64,000 bases of DNA from NCBI GenBank assembly GCA_964016885.1, contig CAXHJY010001108.1, positions 91,635-155,634 on the forward strand, in the 5' to 3' direction. The stretch comes from Eledone cirrhosa (Eukaryota). The notes under the pieces are model-generated. The model made no database searches, was not told the DNA's origin, and saw nothing but the letters and a program-made list of their open reading frames with translations. This document shows positions 56,196 through 64,000 of this stretch, piece by piece (position 1 is the first letter of the stretch; each line of letters begins with the position of its first letter). Made by a program: the position numbers and the translations under genes.

Positions 56196-58528
56196 ATGGA
56201 TAATAACACCAACAAATTTGACTCCTTCGGCTTTAAAACATTTAGAAGCCCCCCTCATAACACACTACTAAACCTCTTCGAAAACGACCTAATTAAACTA
56301 GTTAAAAACATTAAATACAAAAAACACCATAATAAAAACAACACCTTCTTAAACAAACTTAGCACCTCTATTAATGACTTCAAAACTAGTAGTAAAATTT
56401 TTGTACATGCCGACAAAACTAATAACATATACAGCCTAGATTATAATACGTATAGAAAGTTTATATATAATGAACTACATAAAAGCTACAAGAAAACCAC
56501 TATGAAAAACTTAGAAGATATTAATATGGAAGGCTATAATATAGTATCCAAACTAGGGCTCCAGAGACATACACAACCTTACACCCCAAACCCCCCTAGA
56601 TTCTCTCTGAAGGACCATAAGGTAGACTTCATTAGCAACCCCTCGATTAGACTAATCTGCCCCTCCAGGTCTGACATTGGCATTATCAGTAAAAAAATCC
56701 TAGACAAAATCATCCCACAGATTAAACACAAGATTTACCTTAAGCAATGGGGAAATACGGGTGAAGTGATTGAATGGTTCAAAAATATCATAGATAACAA
56801 AGATAAAAAATTTATTCAATTTGACATCAACTCTTACTACACCTCTATTTCCCCTATCCTACTAAATAAGGCACTTATAATGGCCATGGACAATAGTGAC
56901 TTGACTAGACCCCAGATTGATGTCATACTTGCGGCCCGTAAAACAATAATCACCTTTGAGGACCAATTATGGACCCGCAAGGAAACGCAAAACAACTTCG
57001 ACATTACTATGGGGTCTAGTGACTCGGCGCAGGTCACTGATTTGGTTGGCCTATACTTACTTAACCTAATCCACAGGGAACTTCCGTACCTCAGCGGTGG
57101 TTTGTATCGCGACGATGCACTTCTACTTATAGACTATAAAAAATTCAATATAGAAAGGACTAGAAAACTATTGCACAAAACATTCAAAAACTTTAACCTT
57201 AGTATTACCATGGACAAAAACACCAAAAACGTCAACTTCCTAGACGCCACACTCTACTTAGACTCAATGATATATGCACCTTTCCACAAACCTAATGAAA
57301 AACTCATCTACGTAGATACCAAGTCTAACCACCCTAAATCTATATTGAACTCTATCTCTAAGGGAGTATCTAATAGAATCTCTAATCTATCATATGACAT
57401 AAACACATTTAACAAAACTCGCAGTATTATAATCAGGCATTAGCTAGATCAGGCCATAATACAGGGATAGAGTTCCTACCTACAAAAACACATAGCTACA
57501 ACATCATTTCACACAACATGTCCATGGGAAAATTTAATAATAGGAATAGCAACCGCACACACACTAATAGGGATTGTAACAACAAGAGTAACCCGCACCA
57601 CAGAAATGACCATAGGAACATTAAAGGAAACAAATCACCAGACATAAAAAACAGAAATAGAAGAAGAAATAATACATTTTTCAACCCTCCTTTCAATTTA
57701 AACGTCTCTACCAACCTTCCTAGGGCTTTCTTCTCACTACTAGATAAACACTTCCCATCCGGCCACAGGTACCACGGCCTTTTAAACAAAAACACTATTA
57801 AGATCTCATACTCTACTACGCCTAACTTAGCATACCACATAGCTAGTACAAATAAAAGAAAAATTAATTCTTACTTCCAACAAACTAAATCACAACGGTC
57901 AATAAACCTTCAAAATAACATTCAAAATAACAGTCAAAGTAACATTATAACAAACAACCGTAATATCAATGGAAATAATAGTAATAGCACTAGTGTAAAC
58001 ATTAACGCTGCGTACCACAACCCGCATAACCATAACCCTATAGCTAACATCCAAACTTATACACAGCATAGTAACCGGCAGACTAGCACCCAGAGTAATT
58101 GTAACTGTAGATCAAGTAGAACCTGCCCTTTAGATAAAAAATGCTTAACCAAGGATATCATATACTCATGCACAGTCACAACTAACAGCTCTTCTGAAAC
58201 CTACATAGGCTCCACTTCTAACTGCTTCAAAACTAGATACAATTCGCACCTCCACTCTTTCAAAAAACACAGTCTAGCCAACTCCACTTCACTATCTAGC
58301 TACATACACTATCTAAAAACTAAAAATAAAATATATACACTTAAATGGGAAGTGGTAGGTAGTGCAACATCGTACAAACCACCTGATAAATTTTGTAACC
58401 TCTGTCTACTAGAGACCCATACTATCATCTTCTCTAAACATAATCTCCTTAATAAAAAATCAGAAGTGTTCGCAAATTGCCAACACCGCCTCCGACACTC
58501 GTTCCAAAACTTTAAACCCTGTATATAA
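56196..58528 (+). CDS. Penelope-like RT/GIY-YIG polyprotein with one frameshift at ~57416
   Basis: [54 protein letters not shown]; after a -1 shift [68 protein letters not shown]. Confidence 0.9.
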
Positions 58529-60063
58529 TAATGTCAGACTGGAACCGGCACCACCCCTAGCAATTAACAACAGTAGCACACCTTACACCTCACATCCACA
58601 CCCATCTCTATACTCTAAAGATAATACTGACAGCATCTTAGTACCACCTACCCTGGAATACCCCCTTGTACCTCTAATACTGATATCTCGACCGGGGACT
58701 ACTTATTCTGCATTGCACAAATATAAGATTAGTATAAATTGGGGACACGGTACTGGTTGCGATAGCATAGTCCTGTGCATGGATTACCACCAAGAGATAG
58801 ATTGATTATTAGATAGATAACCGTATTGTTAAGTGATTATATACTGTAAGCGATCAGTTCAATGAATTATGCACGTAATCATCTTGATGTGAACTCCTCT
58901 AGTACCTATTAATAGACTCCAATCTAGCTTGTAGATGTGATACATAATTGATTTATATTTGAGACGGGGGTTGTCTATTGCTTGATGGCCAGACTAGTGC
59001 ATTTATATGAGAGATTGGATCTCCGGACCATACCGAAGACTTACTGGAGATGCAGGCATGCAATGACCCGGAGCCTACCGGGTGGCATATATAATAGTGG
59101 GACCATACCAGGTCCTACTGTTATATTACATTTGCATGGAGCAGTGACTTGAGAGTCTGACTCCTCTTATAGAACGTTCAGATATGACACCCCTTAATTA
59201 ATGGATGGTAATCATCCTAATATATACACCCTTGTACTTCTTAATAGACAACTCTCTAACCTATAAATGGGTAACATACTCTAGATATTAGTTATAACTT
59301 CACATGATAGGCACGTATTTGAATCACCATTAATGTAGTTTAGCATAGTAATGTAACTAAGATAACTAGCTAGTTACCTCCCCTTACGCATTAATTCCCC
59401 TTAGTCATTCAGGCACTTCCGGAATCTGGACAGCATGATATATTAATTAAGAACCGACTGGATACGGTTTATAGCTTGACTATATGCTGAACCACCGCGA
59501 ATTATACAATAGACGCGTGTTCTCTATATATATATTGCGTCTCATTGATTATGTGAGTGGTGGTGTGAGCAAGGACAGTGGTACGGCCTTGCCTACGATA
59601 CAATAAGGTTTATAGTATGTTGAGGGTTTTTGATATTTTGGTGTTTCCCCGCATCCGAGACTGTATATCATACAGATGTATGAGAATAAATGACTTAATA
59701 ATTCAGCCTACATAATAAGATCGATTGCCAGCTTCAACTGCCTGACCCTGCAAATATCATTCTGACGCACTCTAATCATGTATAGATAAGACACGCGTGC
59801 ATGCTACACGGGAGATTGTTTCATACACTGACTACTCTAAGCTTTCCTCTTGCTTTATCTTCATAGACTGCCAACGCTTCATGTTTATCTTTATTTTCAT
59901 TCTTATTTTCACTCTTGTTTTTATGTTATTTTTATCCTGTAACCTTTATATGTAAATTGCCATGCTATATCATTTGATGAATGTCACCCCACTGTTGATC
60001 AATATGCGCATATGTTTTATGTGTCTCTTGGGTCGAAAAGGAGGTCAAGTATGTTATAAATAG

Positions 60064-60112
60064 TTGCTCCGAAGAATCCAAACCTCGGTTTGGAGGAAAC
60101 AATTGTAAGCAA
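60064..60112 (+). ncRNA. Type I hammerhead at the 3' end of the Penelope-like element (U4C core)
   Basis: ttgct-CCGAAGA-atccaaacc tc ggtttggag-GAAA-caattg-TA-agcaa, then AATAAA. Confidence 0.85.
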
Positions 60113-60173
60113 ATAAATGACTTAAACTGAACTTTGATTACTGTAATCTCTATATACATATATATATATATAT

Positions 60174-60216
<43 letters not shown>

Positions 60217-60381
60217 TATATATATATACACACATATATATATATACATATATACATATAGATATATACATATATATATATATATACATATATACAAATA
60301 TATATATATACATATATATATATACATATATACATATATATATATATACATATATACATATATATATATATACATATATAC

Positions 60382-60581
<200 letters not shown>

Positions 60582-60589
60582 ATATATAT

Positions 60590-62125
60590 ATGAGGAACTG
60601 GATGTTGAGACAGGACCCTTCACCAGAGAGGAGCTTCAGAGAGCCAAGAAGAAGATCAAGGAGGGCAAGGCTCATGGAGAGGATGGAGTGGCATCAGAGG
60701 TGATGAAGAGGTGTGATTTTGATGATATCATCCTGGGGTTCTGTAACGGGGCACTGGAGAAAGGAGTTGCCCCGAATCAGTGGAGGATCAGTAACATCGT
60801 CCCAGTGCCAAAGAAGGGAGATCTCTCTAACACCAACAACTACCGGGGGATCTCACTGACGTCACTTGTGGCAAAGACCCTCAACAGGATGATTCTTAAC
60901 AGGATCCAGCCTGAGATGGAGAAAGTAGCTCAGGGACAACCAGAACGGCTTCAGAGAGGGTAGATCAACCACCAGTCACATCCTGATGCTGAGGAGGATA
61001 TTAGAGGGAGCTAGAGCAAAGTGCCTTCCTGCGGTCATGGTTTTCATTGACTTTAGGAAGGCCTTTGATTCTGTGGACCGTTACTGCCTGATGAAGATCT
61101 TACAGGCTTATGGAATCCCCAAGAGGATAGTGGACCTGATATCACTGCTCTACACAACACCAAAGCCCAAGTCATTACACCTGATGGGATGACAGAGTTC
61201 TTTGAGATACTGGCTGGAGTGCTCCAGGGAGATACATTGGCTCCCTACCTTTTTGTCATCGTAGTGGACTATTGTATACGCCTTGCACTGGAGAAACACC
61301 AGGACTCTGGCTTTACTGTGGCACCGGCTCAGAGCAGGAGAGTTGGGGCGAAAAGGTATCGGATGCTGAGTTTGCCGACGACATAGTTTTGGTGACAAAT
61401 ACAGTGAAGGAGGCAGGGGATTTGATGCGGGAGGTTGAGACTGTGTCGATGAGTGTGGGGCTGAGAATGAATGAAACTAAAACAAAATATCTGGTAGAGA
61501 ATGTTGAGAAGCCAGAGGGGATCACTAATGTAGGCGGGAAGCCGCTGCAATTGGTTGAGGACTTCCTGTATTTGGGAGCAAAGATTGGGAATACGGAAGA
61601 TGAAGTGGTTGAGAGGAAGTGCAAGCCTGGGCGGCGTGTCACAGCTTGAGATCGGTGTGGAAGTCGGACCTTCGTAGAGACCTGAAAATCCGCCTCTTCA
61701 TTGCTGTAGTGGAGTCTGTGCTGCTGTATGGGTCTGAGACTTGGACACTGACCAAGAGACTCACTCAGATGGTGGATGGTGCTACACGAGAATGCTGAGG
61801 ATGGCTCTGAGCATTAATCAGTATACACTGAGGATGAAAAACTCAGAGCTGTATGGGAGCATCCCAAAAGTCAGCTTAAAATTGACACAGAGAAGACTGA
61901 GGTTGGCTGGACATGCTCACCGACATCCAGAGTTGACATTGCACTCAGTGCTCCTTTGGGAGCCCTACATGGACACACTAGAAGAGGAAGACCAAGGTTA
62001 ACATATGTTGATGCCCTAAGGACAGACACTGGTCTGTTGGAGATACAGGATATGGCAGCGATAATGAGGGACAGAGACCGCTGGAGAGAACTCGTCCATG
62101 GATCTCGGGAATTTTACGCGCCTTA
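60590..62125 (+). mobile_element. 5'-truncated RTE-type LINE with frameshifted RT, inserted in (TA)n
   Basis: [64 protein letters not shown] across several frames. Confidence 0.9.
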
Positions 62126-62126
62126 G

Positions 62127-62207
<81 letters not shown>

Positions 62208-62214
62208 TATATTC

Positions 62215-62257
<43 letters not shown>

Positions 62258-62270
62258 CATATATATATTC

Positions 62271-62315
<45 letters not shown>

Positions 62316-62507
62316 CATATATATATTCATATATATATATATTCATATATATATATATATATATATACATATATTCATATATATATTCATATATATATAT
62401 ATATACATATATTCATATATATATATATATATTCATATATTTATATATATATATATTCATATATTTATATATATATATATTCATATATATATATATATAT
62501 ATATATA

Positions 62508-62575
<68 letters not shown>

Positions 62576-62588
62576 TATATATATATTC

Positions 62589-62624
<36 letters not shown>

Positions 62625-62631
62625 ATATATT

Positions 62632-62685
<54 letters not shown>

Positions 62686-62738
62686 CATATATATATACAT
62701 ATATATATATATACATATATATATATACATATATATAC

Positions 62739-62769
<31 letters not shown>

Positions 62770-62782
62770 CATATATTATATA

Positions 62783-62836
62783 TGTAAGTATGTATGTATA
62801 CGTACATACATATATGTATACAGACGTACAGTAGCA

Positions 62837-62878
<42 letters not shown>

Positions 62879-63252
62879 CAGGTACACATATATATATGTA
62901 CGTATCAGTTTAGCGAACGTTTATTATAACGCCCGCTTTATTCGTTTGTAAACAAGCGAACAGCCTGATTTATGCAAATTAGGCTGCTCAGCCGTTAATT
63001 TTCATAAGGAAAGTATATACTTTCGAACGTTCAACTATCTGGCAGAAGGCAGAAGGGTATACGGTGCTGATGATAGCTAACAAGCTTGAAACTAGTACAT
63101 CGTTCCTGTGTCAGTGTTGAACAAAAAGGTGACGTGGTTGCCTTAACACCGTATGGCATAATTCAGGCTGTTCGCTTGTTTACAAACGAACTAAGCGGGC
63201 GTTATAATAAACGTTCGGTAAACTGATACGTACATATATATATGTGTACCTG

Positions 63253-63292
<40 letters not shown>

Positions 63293-63395
63293 TGCTACTG
63301 TACGTCTGTATACATATATGTATGTACGTATACATACATACTTACGTTTAAGTAAGTGCCGTACTAAGAGTGAGAAATGAAATTTCGTTTCATTA
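62783..63395. mobile_element. Family A element (plus, ~62966-63395) preceded by an inverted partial copy (~62783-62965)
   Basis: Homologous to 7257-7545 and to the 17-18 kb units; (TA)n on both sides. Confidence 0.85.
63061..63103 (+). ncRNA. Type I hammerhead ribozyme (family A)
   Basis: acggtg-CTGATGA-tagct aaca agctt-GAAA-ctag-TA-catcgt. Confidence 0.9.
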
Positions 63396-63407
63396 TATTA
63401 CAACTTA

Positions 63408-64000
<593 letters not shown>

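Larger units (their letters stand above)
56196..60150 (+). mobile_element. Neptune-type Penelope-like retroelement, probably 5'-truncated, inserted in (TA)n
   Basis: RT + Cys-rich linker + GIY-YIG, ~1.6-kb 3' region ending in hammerhead + AATAAA, microsatellite on both sides. Confidence 0.9.

Overview
This is AT-rich eukaryotic (animal) genomic DNA, probably a cephalopod such as octopus (inferred from the SINE and microsatellite landscape). Most predicted ORFs are translations of (TA)n/(CA)n microsatellites and are not real. The only host coding sequence I recognise is one 116-nt minus-strand exon of an INF2-like formin (50438-50553), so most of the window is probably intronic. Mobile DNA includes a near-intact Neptune-type Penelope-like element (RT + GIY-YIG), a second truncated one with an inverted terminal repeat, RTE-type LINE remnants, an R4/Dong-type endonuclease fragment, many tRNA-derived SINEs and a ~608-bp non-coding repeat. 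The main hidden signal is more than 20 type I hammerhead ribozyme motifs (intact, variant or decayed), from roughly a dozen sequence families. They sit in short non-coding elements embedded in (TA)n tracts, often as inverted pairs. One family forms ~416-nt tandem units with one ribozyme per unit (retrozyme-like), and several families carry variant catalytic cores (U3:A8, U4C, A6U). All structures were paired by eye and coordinates may be off by a few bases.
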